NCBI RefSeq assembly: GCF_004010195.1
Contig: NC_057718.1
Coordinates: forward strand, 31,581,479 to 31,645,478
Reading direction: 5' to 3'
DNA length: 64,000 nucleotides
Origin: Chiloscyllium plagiosum
Lineage: Eukaryota
Shown piece by piece: positions 51,246 to 62,584 of this stretch. The notes under the pieces were generated by a model that worked only from the letters and a program-made list of their open reading frames with translations, was not told where the DNA came from and made no database searches. Numbering within the stretch: the stretch's first letter is position 1; each line of letters starts with the position of its first letter. The position numbers and the translations under genes are program-made.

Positions 51246-52344
51246 GTCTACTGCACTGTCAACACCTGCTAACCACAGATTCCATCATAGTACAAAAAGC
51301 AAATTCTGAAAGAAACTTTTTAAAACACTGATCAACAAAGCAGAATGTCACCAGATAATAAGTTTAATTTTAATGTTAAATTTGCTTACATGGTATAGTA
51401 TTGAAGGAACTTAATTAATTTAGTCCAGTTTTTGTCCTCGAACTCAAGATCCATTTTCAAATGACATCCCAGAAATATTGACTAACATGAGCAACAATAT
51501 TGAGGGAAATGATTGACTGAGGGGCCCACACAGTCACAGTTAAGGAATATCATCATGCAGGCATCTCGATTGCAGCTCATCCTGCATTTTTTCAAATGTT
51601 GGGCAATGGTGTACTCTCTGCAGAAAAATTGCATCAATCTGAGAAAAACGGTTTTGATACCGTGGAATTGATGCAAACATCACCTGGAGCACTGTGGCAT
51701 TTGAGTTTTGTCTTGTTAACTCGGAGGTGGAGAAACAAAGGCACACAATTTAATTTCCTTCATTTGAATACAAATGTGACTTCTGTCATAAAAGACCACC
51801 AATTACACACACACACACAAAAGAATAAGCTTGTTGCTCATCCTGAAAAAGATTGTCTTATTTCCTCTCCCTGCAATTGCATACAGTAATTAACTGTGGT
51901 ATCAGTCTTGCTACAGGACTTATTTGTCCATTTTAACCTACTGAGTTTGATTGCAGTTCAACATGCCTTCTAGGATTTGGGAAGCTGCCTAAAGATGCAA
52001 AGGGCATTAATGGACTGAGCAATTTTATTAAATTGTCTGGGAACCAATCCAACAATTAGCAATTCATATATGATAAGCAGACAGTTAATACAAAATTAAA
52101 TTCGATGAAGCATATTTAGTTGTGCCTATCTCACAGTAATCTTCAAAACAAAATCTGCTGGGGTTTAGGTTTAGCATCACCATGTGTGGCAATGGAGTAG
52201 TAACAAGAATGCATGTAGTATAAACAAGATGAACAGCTCCTTTCCACACCATAATTCAAGACCTTTTTTTTATTGTCTTTTGAGTTACGTTCTTTCAATA
52301 AATATGATGTCAGTTTAATTGCTGTCTACGTTTTGGCCACACAG

Positions 52345-52458
52345 CATCAGGTTATCCTCCGACAGGTTTATTTGAAATCACAAGCTTTCAAACTGTAGCC
52401 CCTTTATCACTCTCCGAAAGCTTGTGATTTCAAATAAACCTGTTGGACTATAACCTGG
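52345..52458. mobile_element. Small foldback of family A-like tails
   Basis: Inverted arms acaggtttatttgaaatcacaagctttc and gaaagcttgtgatttcaaataaacctgt around a decayed hammerhead centre. Confidence 0.7.
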
Positions 52459-52574
52459 CACATAGAACATAGAACATTATAATGCAGTACAGGCCCTTTG
52501 GCCCTCGATGTTGCGCCGACCTGTGTAACCAATCTAAATCCTATCTATCCTACACTATTCCATTTTCATCCATA

Positions 52575-52788
52575 GGTAAAAACAATGACTGCAGATGCTG
52601 GAAACCAGATTCTGGATTAGTGGTGCTGGAAGAGCACAGCAGTTCAGGCAGCATCCAAGGAGCAGCGAAATCGACGTTTCGGGCAAAAGCCTTTCCTGAT
52701 GAAGGGCTTTTGCCCGAAACGTCGATTTCGCTGCTCCTTGGATGCTGCCTGAACTGCTGTGCTCTTCCAGCACCACTAATCCAGAATC
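52575..52788. mobile_element. Young foldback element (family B variant): perfect 84-bp inverted repeat, hammerhead core in loop, 16-bp TSD
   Basis: Arms at 52608-52691 and 52705-52788 with loop tttcctgatgaag. TSD tccattttcatccata at 52559-52574 and 52787-52802. Confidence 0.85.
52692..52727 (+). ncRNA. Minimal hammerhead ribozyme motif (family B)
   Basis: CTGATGA-a-gggc-tttt-gccc-GAAA-CG-TC; stem I is weak in this copy. Confidence 0.65.
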
Positions 52789-54073
52789 CATTTTCATCCA
52801 TATGTTTATCCAATTAAATGCCCTTAAAGTTAGCGAGTATACTACTGTTGTGGGCAGGACATTCCATGACCCTACTACTCTCTGAGTAAAGAAACTACCT
52901 CTAACATCTGTCCTACATCTATCACCCCTCAATTTAAAGCTATGTCCCCTCGTGCTGGACTTCTGAGTACGTCTACCCCAGTCTACCACCGGCACCTCCA
53001 CATCATAGCTACATCTTTGGTGCCAAGGACATTTTTGTGTGTTTTCCTTCCAGAATTCACATTGTTGTTTAAACAATAGAAATTTCATGAGAAAAGAAAG
53101 TCACTGGGGCATCCCAAGAATGTTTGATATGAATCTCAGTTCTTTCTCTTTCGTAAAGTCCCAGTGTCCCCATGTTGGTTTACCCACTCAAAGCACTTTG
53201 TGTCCATACCATCAATTGAGGAACCAATGTTCACCTATCTGTAGTTGCCACAGGATACAAATCTACACACATAGAGATTTCATCCAGCTATTAAAAGACC
53301 TATAGCTGATTAAGATCTATGAAATGCATTGTACTCAAAGAAAATCAATCTCCTCCATCTCGGCTACGGTATGCTTTCTCTGCCAGCATGGCTGTTTGCT
53401 CAACTGGAACCACTCATTCAGAGAACAACAACTCAGATACACCAACATGACATCAAACTAAACAAAATCTGACTGCATTAAAGAGCTTGCAATGGTAATT
53501 GCAAAATTGAATTCAAAATTATGTAAAATGGAAAAGTTAATGGACTCCTTCCATATCACATAATTACAAAAACAAACATTTGCAGATACCAAGAACTTAA
53601 GTTTAACCAGGTAACTGTACTGACTGTCTTTAACAAATAACTATAAACTTGCATATACAATTATCAAATAGATTTTGGCTAAGCAATACTTATACAAGGA
53701 TATTTTCTAATCAATCTGTTCAGAGATGGTACTACACAACGCTGGAGCCATTTCTCCACAATGGCCTTAAATTGATATAACCTGTGTATGAGATACATAA
53801 TCTCACAGAGTCCAGCCATATCAGTGCTGTGACCACAGAGGTTCTTCCTCAGCCCTCTCCAAGTTTTACCCAAGGTTTAAGGTTTAAGTAAGGAATGTGA
53901 CAGAATGATAACTATTCATCTGTATGGTACGCTCCTCAGGGTGATCAATAACATTCAGGGCAAAGCAATTTACTTGAATAGTGCTGCTGTACTCAAATAT
54001 ATCCACACCATCATTGGTACACTGTTGTTGCAATATTTACAGTTTACAGCTTTACGGCTGCAATTCACCAGGG

Positions 54074-54208
54074 AAAAGCAAATTACTGTGGATACTGGAA
54101 ATCTGAAATAAAAACAAATATCGTGCTGGAGAAACTTAGCAGGTCGGGTAGCTTCTGCATAGAGAGAAACACAGAGTTAGCGCTTTGAGTCCCGTATGAC
54201 TTCTTCAG
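54074..54208 (-). mobile_element. Old Penelope-derived short element (family D) with decayed hammerhead
   Basis: Minus strand reads CTGAAGA-agtc-atacgg-gact-caaagcgcta, followed by a tail similar to 18250-18389. Confidence 0.5.
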
Positions 54209-54494
54209 TACACAGGGTCACCTCCACAACACCCTTCATCTCCCTATGATCTGTACCAACAAGAAAGAGAAAAGTAGAAACATCTTGGGAATGGCAGAAT
54301 GTCCAAAGTGCTTTCCGAATCACACACTGTCCTAATTTGACGTGTGTTGCAATTACTTCATTGCCAGTGGAAACTTACCCTACCCAATACCAGCACACAT
54401 GTACAACAAACACTTTTAATGTGAACAGTTAATCACACTATCACGAAGATAGTTTTTCAAAAAGTACTTTGCTTAATCTTCGAGTTTGGACAAT

Positions 54495-54539
54495 AGAAAT
54501 TATACAGAGACAAAGAAATTATACAGAGACAAAGAAATT
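54495..54539. repeat. 19-bp tandem duplication
   Basis: agaaattatacagagacaa x2 plus a partial copy. Confidence 0.9.
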
Positions 54540-55275
54540 GAATTTTTTTGCAGAAATGTTTCTGGTGATACAACTAGGTCCACTTTTGCTTCTCTATTAA
54601 CTTTCCTTTAGAGTATATTTTCCTGATTGGTTAGTCTGGGTTTTTAAAAAAAAATCCTTAGTGTTTTCTTTGACAGTTTTCTCTCTCTTTATCTTGCTGG
54701 AGATTTGTATGCTCCCTATCACTTGCAGTTCTAAGGTGTTTTATTTTTGTTCTTGAAGTAACTGAATGATTTACCATTAGGTTTTGTTAACACAAATTGA
54801 AAACATTTGCTTTGAGAGAAGGCATCCCAGTAGCCTGATGCATTTGACAGGAAACTGATTTCATGCCAAATGGTAACATACTGGTTCCAGGCTGTTACAA
54901 TGTTGGAAGGAGAAGAGGCCAACTCAGTGGACAGGCCTGGAAGGAGAGGCCAAACACAAGAAGCAAGCATGCGTGGGAACAACCACATTCTTATATAGAC
55001 AGGTGTCACAAATAAAAGAAGTTCATGTTTTTGGTATCTATTCTGCTGTAGCACGGAGTATAGTCTGGACAGAGCGTGGAAACTGCATCCAATTCTGTCT
55101 TAATATCATAATTGGGATCATGTTGATAGGTAGGATCTGTATTTTTAGGTTTAAAATGTCTACCGTCTGAAAGAGGCAAGCCACCCTGTAAGAGACCGTT
55201 TTCATGATCATGGTGGTCCGGGTGATAGCATTGTCATGCTGACAGTGTATTATACTCAACATTTTGGGATGCAAG

Positions 55276-55277
<2 letters not shown>

Positions 55278-55307
<30 letters not shown>
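55278..55307. repeat. (TA)n microsatellite
   Basis: Direct observation. Confidence 0.95.
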
Positions 55308-55310
<3 letters not shown>

Positions 55311-58300
55311 GGACCGTGCATTTGTACATAAAATATTTAATATTTTATAAATAGTTAGAATGAGGTAATGCAATCAGTTTATATTTGGAACTTACAAATT
55401 CTTCATTGTAGCTTAATTCACAATAATGAATGCAAGTGAAAAATTAGAATAAGAGGGGATAAGTATTCAGCTAGAATTAATATTAACATCCATTTCAACT
55501 ACACAAGTTTTGATTTAGTCTAAGTATCTGTACAGTTTGTTGTTTTTTGGAAGTACAGCTGTAACAATTCCCTTCATGAACTGGTTAGTAACCTGAGGTT
55601 TCACGAATTACATCTGATAGCCAAAAAATAAAAAGAAGTTATGCATTTTCTTTCCATACAAAGGCTGAGAAACAGCCTATGGTACAATAATTCACATTCC
55701 TTTCCCCTCCAACTTCCACCCATTTCCATAACTGGTTTTTGACAGTACTGAATTCTATTTTTCTCATTCATTCATGGTATGTGGGTGTTGCTGACTAGGT
55801 GAGCATTTATTGTACATCCCTAGTTGCTCTGGAAGAGGGTGGGGAGCTGCCTTCTTAACCCACTGCTATTGTAAATATTTAAGTTTAGGTAAAATGTTTC
55901 AAAATGCAACTTCATTTTTAAACATTTGAAAAGGAAATTTTGCAAACAGGAATCACAGGGAACACTTATAGTGGGCGTCTGGCATCGTTGTAAAGTATCC
56001 ACAGTGAAACAATCTCAAAATCGTGTCGCTTGCTCCACCTGACTTCTTCAGCCAGAGTCTCAGATACAGAAATTAATAAAAAAGTTAAAATTACAAAAAC
56101 TAAAGACTATTTTCTGAACAAACTCTGAGTTTGGTTGTCTGTGCACATTTATGCTCTACTGATAGTATTATTCAGAAATAAAACTAATTTTCATTGACTA
56201 GGGCAAATATGATCAATACTTATGGTTTAAGGTCATGACTACATGCATTTATTTAACAACTTGTAAAAAAGCCATTTTCATTGCTCTTTAACCTTCTAAA
56301 AACAATTATTTGAAGATTGCTCATTTGAAAAGAGTCCGCTCTGTATGGTCTTATCCTTTGAAAACCTTAAACTCTCAATGCAAACTAATTTTTGTTTACT
56401 GCTTGCCCAATTTAAATGCTCAATTTTGAGCTATCATATTTTTGTCACGTTCCCCAGGAACTCATTAGTGATTTTTTTTAAAGTACAGAAACTAATTGTA
56501 AGCCACTTCCAATATTTCTTCCTTGGAACAAACTCCCTTTGAGAGCAGAATGGGCTTGAGGCAAAGAATTTTCATTCAGGCTTTGGTTTGCTAGATAAAT
56601 AAAGAAAAAAAAAACAAGAGACCTAATACAGTAGGGGAATATGGGATTAATTTTGAAAATGCCTGATTAGTGCATTGCTACCCTCCAATAATTGTCTTTT
56701 GTTCTCCCTAGGCTTTTAGTTTATTAGAGTTTGGCATTTGTATTGGTCTGTAAAATCTGTCACTCAGCAGAAGCAGCTGGGAGGTGCTTTCATTAGTCCA
56801 CTATTGGAATTCTTCAGGGATCTGCTACTACACAAAGCAATATAACACTTGGAAATTGATGTTTCTTCTATTCCATTTACTTTTATTTAAGAGCATAGTG
56901 AACTATTTTTTAGATTTGCTGCTTATATAATATTTATATTGTAAGCAGAGCTGCTGAATGATTTAACTTGTTTCCTTAATGACTAATTTAATAGTCATGT
57001 TTGTGAATGCTGTCCTCAACAAAATAATAAAGGGTTGTAATTTAAGTTACATGAAACTGTCCATATGTCTTTTGCTGTTAATAATTCTGCAAGGCTGCAA
57101 AAGGTTGATGGCATGCATATGTCTGCTGAAGATGAGAACAAACATTCATTTCTTCATCTGATTAATCTTTGCTGTTGGTTGAAGAGGCCAATCCTTGAGA
57201 GGCCCAATCTGCCACACAGGAAACTTCCACGTGTTATTGTGAGCTGTTGTTTTTGGTTTTAGGGTCTGTTGTCAAGCTGCTGCAGCCATTGGTCATCATT
57301 GTGGGGCACAGCAGCTTACAGAAGGTGTCACCTCATTTTGTATTATCAGCTAGAGCCCGCTGGAAGTAGCAAATGGTGCCAAGCCCTTCCTGTCAGGCCC
57401 GCAAACATCTTGAAGCAGAGCTTTGGGCAAACTACTTATCATCTGGTTCTGGCTACTGTAAAGGCAGTGTCTTTTTATACTTCTTAAATTTTTTAAAAAG
57501 ATGGATTGACATGCAAAAAGGATTGTTCTAACAAGCATGGATGGCTGCATGGTCTGAAAGTAAGTAATTGGATGCTCATTGTGACCACTGTTTGCACAAC
57601 TGTGAGTCACAGCAATGTTTGCAGTGGAACTGGGTGTGTACAAGTGGAGCTATGGCTGGCAATAGGAAGCTGATTGATTTGTGAACCAGTGACAAATTAT
57701 TGGTGACAAAGGCCTTCTGCTTGCCAACAACTATGTGACTAATTCTTGGGTAACTGAATAGCTTGGGGCTGAAACGAGATGCAGAAAAGACATCTCTATC
57801 AGCCAGGAGTTCTTGCTCTGTACCCCGCTGCAGTAATCCCGTTTAAACCCAAAGAAAACTAGTTTTTCTTTCCTTCAGCAGTTGCTCTGACTTTAAATTG
57901 AGAAGGCTGAGACCATTTTATAAGTGAACCAGCAACTCTGTGCCTTTTGCAAATTCATGAATGCAATTAGAGATGGATGATTGAGAAGCAACTTTCTAAC
58001 CAGCTCAAGAGTCAGAAGAAGATCTCAGCAATCTTTGTGAACAAGACCAACGAACTGCTTGTCCAGATTTTCCCTCCACTCATAATTCATATTTTTCGTG
58101 CGTGTGCTTGTATGTGTTTATAAAGGGAAATTTATAAGTGGACTACAGTTTTGATTTGTAACATTATATGCTGACAGTTCATAACTGTTCACCTGTGGCT
58201 GAAGTCTAATTACTTGTATAAAATAGTTATTAAAACATGTTTTAACTTTTAAACAAAGTTTGTTTATGTCATATGAGCTTTTACCTTATCTACCTTGCCA

Positions 58301-59462
58301 TTTTTCTGTCTTAGACATTTATTTCACTCTGTAAAATTTTATTTAACAGTGAAACAGTCAGTACACTTTACTTCCTGACTTGCAGTCTGAGAGGAAACTC
58401 CAATGTGATTGGATGCTTATGCTATTTAACGATATTACTATGGCATGAAAAGTTCAATCCAGAGCACAGAGATCACCAGACTTTGTCAGTAGCTCTGAAG
58501 TCAGCAGTAAATACCATCAGTTACTGCTTACCACAAAATTCAGCCTGATAAACTCATCTCAATTTGCAGTGATTAGACTGAGTGAAATAGAGGGAACTCT
58601 TTATTATTTAATTCTGTAGGACCAAATATCTTTGAAATACTGCAAAAGTTAGATCCTTTTATTGCGATTTAAATTTTGTGGCATTTTGACTTCAGCAAAA
58701 GATGAAACTTGATCCAGACACACATATTCACAATAATAAATGAAACAAAGGATTTCCATTCAGTTTACAATGATTAATATACCAGTTGCAGATCTCTGGC
58801 AAATAGTCTTTTTGAAGGTTCATTCTGTCTTGGCTCTGACAGTAAAATTACAATATCATTTAATAAATATTCCAGATTTAATTTTAACACGTTGTAGGGT
58901 TGAATGATTTCACAATTTGAAATACTCCTGTATTGCCAAGGAGACAATGGCTTGGATTTTGTAGTCAGCAGTGAACAAATGATGATAGCAGTTCATTACA
59001 CTTGCACTTGTCCACATATGTTCTATGAGGTTTCTCAGTGGAAATTGCTCAGATTAGAAAGTCATTTTGTAGAACTGATGAATCACTTACTTTTGAATTC
59101 CAATCCCCCAGAGATGTGGGCCAACATTCCATTAGCTTTTTTGTTCCAGTGTGTTGGCTTTTAGTGACTTCTGCTCCTCCATAGTTCATTGTCTCTCAAC
59201 ATTAATAAAATATTCCAATTTGTTTTTTTTGGATCCAAAAATTTATAGGCATCACATTTTTCCAGATTGAACTTCATCTACTGTAATCTTGCCCACTCAC
59301 TTAAATCTGTTATACAAACATAAAATGCTACAAACACTCCATCAGTTCAGGCAGTGTCTGTGGACAGCAACAAAGTTAACATTTCATGGCAATGACCTTT
59401 CTTCAACACCGCGTTCACAGACTGAAATGTGAGAGTCTGGAAAAAAAGTGTCTTTGCAATCG

Positions 59463-59733
59463 GTGTCACGGTGAGGCATTCTGGGAAGGGTGTCCTCGCA
59501 GTCAGTGTGACAGTGAAGTATTCTGGGAAAGGTGTCCTCTCAGCCAGTGTGACAGTGAAGCATTCTGGGAAAGGTGTCCTCTCAGCCAGTGTGACTGTGA
59601 AGCATTCTGGGAAGGGTGTCCTTGAGGTCAGTATCACAGTGAAGCATTCTGGGAAGGGTGTCGTTGCAGTTGGTGTCACAGTGAAGCATCTGGGAATGGT
59701 GGTGTCACAGTGAAGCATTCTGAGAAGGGTGTC
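59463..59733 (+). repeat. 42-bp tandem repeat array (~6.5 copies), probable CR1 5' UTR
   Basis: Unit gtgtgacagtgaagcattctgggaaaggtgtcctctcagcca starts at 59463, 59505, 59547, 59589 and 59631, then two partial copies; lies ~260 bp upstream of the ORF1 ATG. Confidence 0.9.
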
Positions 59734-59993
59734 ATGTTTGTTGGGAAGAAACAAAGACTGACATCACAGGAAAACTGGAGTGGTTCTATCCTACTGCAGG
59801 AATAGAGACTCCAATGGAGAGAGCTGATTGGGAAGTAACAGGCAAGATCGTGTAAGTAGTTACAACTTTTATCGCTAATAGTTGCAAGGTATCTTTTAAT
59901 AGTTATATTCTGTAGTGACAAGGAATAGGAAGAAAGGGCCCAAGAGAATTGATATTCAACCTCTTCCAAAGTTTTAATTTAAAGGGCTAAGTC

Positions 59994-60920
59994 ATGGCAG
60001 GAGAGCTCAAAGGTGTGCTATGCTTCTCCTGTGCCATGTGGGAAGCCATTTCCATTGCCCAGTACCAGCAAGTGTGCAGGAAGTGTCTCCAGCTGTAGCT
60101 CCTGGAAGCTGGGGTTTCGGAGCTGGAGCAATGGCTAGGGACACTGTAGAGCATCTGTGAAGCTGACAAATTTGTGGATAGCATGTGCAGAGAGGTGGTC
60201 ACAATACAGGTGAAGAGACCCCAGTTGGAAAGGGAAGGAGTGACCACCAGACAGAGTAGGATGACTGCGCAGGGCAGTGCAGGAGTCTTGTGTGGCCATT
60301 CCCCTGACAAACAGACATACCACTTTGGATACTCTTGAGGAGAATGGCCTCTCAGGGCAAAATAGCTAAATTTGTGGCACCAGTGTTGGCTCTGCTGCAC
60401 AGAGGAGGAGTGGTAAGTGTGGAAATGCAAACGTCATAAGGGATTCAATTGGAAGGACAATAGATTGGTGTTTCTGTTGCCACAAATGAGACTCCAGGAT
60501 GATGTTTTGCCTCCCTGGTGTTAGGGTCAAGCAGCTACAGGACATTCTTAAGGGGGAAGGTGAATAGCCAGTGGCTATGCTATACATTGCTGAATACGAC
60601 ATAGATAAAGAAAGGGATGAGGTCCAAACAGCTGAATATCGGGAGTTAGGAAGCAAGCTAAAAAGTAGGACCTCAAAAGTAGTGATCTCAGAATTATTAC
60701 CAGGGCCACATGCTCATCAGAGTAGGACCAGCAGGATATGTCAGAGGAACATGTGCCGAAAGACGTGGTCTGAGGGGGAGGGTTTCAGATTCCTGGGGCA
60801 CTGGGATTGGTTTGGGAGGAATGGGATCAGTATGAACTGGGTGGATGATGGCTGGGTAGGACTGGGACTGATGCCAAAGGGAGAGTATTTAAAAGAGTGG
60901 TTGGGGAGGATTTAAACTAA
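59994..60920 (+). pseudogene. CR1 ORF1 pseudogene (zinc finger/leucine zipper plus SGNH esterase)
   Basis: MAGELKGVLCFSCAMWE...VCRKCLQL*LLEAGVSELEQWL; IRDSIGRTIDWCFC...MMFCLPGVRVK; ELGSKLKSRTSKVVISELLP...EGFRFLGHWDWF. Confidence 0.85.
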
Positions 60921-61074
60921 ATTAGCCGAAGGATGGGAACCTGTACAAGGAGTCAGAGGAATGAAGCACAAGAAAAGACATAAAGGAGATAAGATGGGTA
61001 GAGGAATCAGTAGCCAGAATCAAACAAGGCCACAGTAAAAGATCGTCGGAATGGGACAAGGAACATTAAAACAA

Positions 61075-62583
61075 AAAGTCTTAAGCTTTTATGCTTGAAT
61101 GCATGGAGCATTCGAAGTAAAGTGGATGAATTAATCATGCAAAACGATACAATATAGTTGGGATTAGGGATATACATAGCTGCAGGATAACCACGGATGA
61201 GAACTGAAGGTCCGGAGTATTCATTATCTGGGAAAGACAGACAAAAAGGAAAAGATGGTGGAGTTGCATAACTGGTTGAAGAGGATACAAACACAATATT
61301 GACATCATAGCTCTGACAATGTAGAATACGTGGGTAGAATTGAGAAATACCAAAGAGCAAACACATTAAAAAAGAAGGTGGGGGTGGATTATGGATCACC
61401 AAACTGTAGTTGTGATATTGGGAATGGCATTATATAGGAAATCAGAGGTGCATGTGGTAAAGGAACATTTGTAATTACTGGTGACTTTAATCTGCATCTA
61501 GATCGGGCAAATCAAATTAGTTGCAATACCATAGAAGGGGAATTCCTAGGGTGTATACGGGATGGTTTTCTGGACCAAGATGTTGAGGAACCAAGTAGAA
61601 ATAAGCCATCTGAGAGTTGGTGTGTGTAATGCAATGAATCGTTGGTAATGTAGTTTTGGGATACCTCTTGGGGATGAGTGACTAAAGTATGATAGAATTC
61701 TCATCAAGGTGTAGCATGAGATAGTTGATTCTGAGATGAGGGTATTTAATCTTCATAAGGGAAACTACGATGGTATGAGGTTCAAGTTGACTATGTTGGA
61801 TTAGTATATGTTACTGAAAGAACAAAGAAATGGCCGATGAACTAAATTCATACCTTGCTTCAGTCTTCACAAACGAAGACATGAATAATGTACCAGAAAT
61901 TTAGTGAGAGGCAGGAACTGAAACAAATCAGTACTAGGAGAGAAACAGTGTTGGAGAGGTTGCTGGGATTGAAAACTGATAAATCTCCAGGGCCTGATAA
62001 TCTACATCCCAGAGTACTTAAGGAAGTGGCCCCAGAAATAACAGATCCTTTGATGATTATCTTCCATTACACTCTTTTAGACTCTGGAACAGTAACTACA
62101 GATTGAGGGCAGCTATTTAAAAAGCAAGTAGGGAGAAATAATAGGGAATTTTAGACTAGTGAGTCTGACATTGGTACTGGAGAAGATGCCAAAGACTGTT
62201 ATCAAGGGTTTTAGAGTCGAGCACTTCAAAAATTGATTGAATTAGACAGAGTCAGCATTGATTTACAAAAGGGAAATTTTTTTGACAAATCTACTGGAAT
62301 TTTTTGAGGATGTACAGAGTAGAGATGATCAGGGGATCCAGTGGATGTGCAGTATTTGAACTATCAGAAGCCTATCGGCAAAGTTCCACGTAAGAGATTA
62401 ATGTGTCAAATGAAAGCACATGGGATTGGGAATAGTATGTTGAGATGGGTAGGAATTTGGTAACCAGACAGGAAATGAAGAGTAGAAATAAACGGATCTT
62501 TTTCTAAATGGCAGCGGTGGCTAGTGACTAGAGCAGAGATCAGTCTGCGGCCCAAGCTAATTACAATATATATTAAAGATTTA
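61075..62583 (+). pseudogene. CR1 ORF2 pseudogene (APE endonuclease and N-terminal RT, internally deleted)
   Basis: Motifs LCLNAWSIRSKVDEL, VITGDFNLH, LGMSD*, KTDKSPGPDNLHPRVLKEVA and LTNLLEFFEDV. Interrupted at ~62584 by an antisense CR1. Confidence 0.85.
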
Positions 62584-62584
62584 G

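Larger units (their letters stand above)
52460..52955 (-). mobile_element. CR1 3' fragment hosting the perfect foldback
   Basis: TRGHSFKLRGDRCRTDVRGSFFTQRVVGSWNVLP, with a (catagaa)n tail. Confidence 0.85.

Noticed and set aside
54731..55373. Overlapping minus-strand open frames (107 aa, 111 aa and an ATG-less frame HPDHHDHENGLLQGG...)
   Set aside because: No recognisable domain and no consistent splice structure; one frame runs through a (TA)n tract.
59347..59754. Repetitive ORFs and a possible CRISPR-like array
   Set aside because: A head-to-tail 42-bp minisatellite with no unique spacers in a vertebrate context; the ORFs result from the unit length being a multiple of three.
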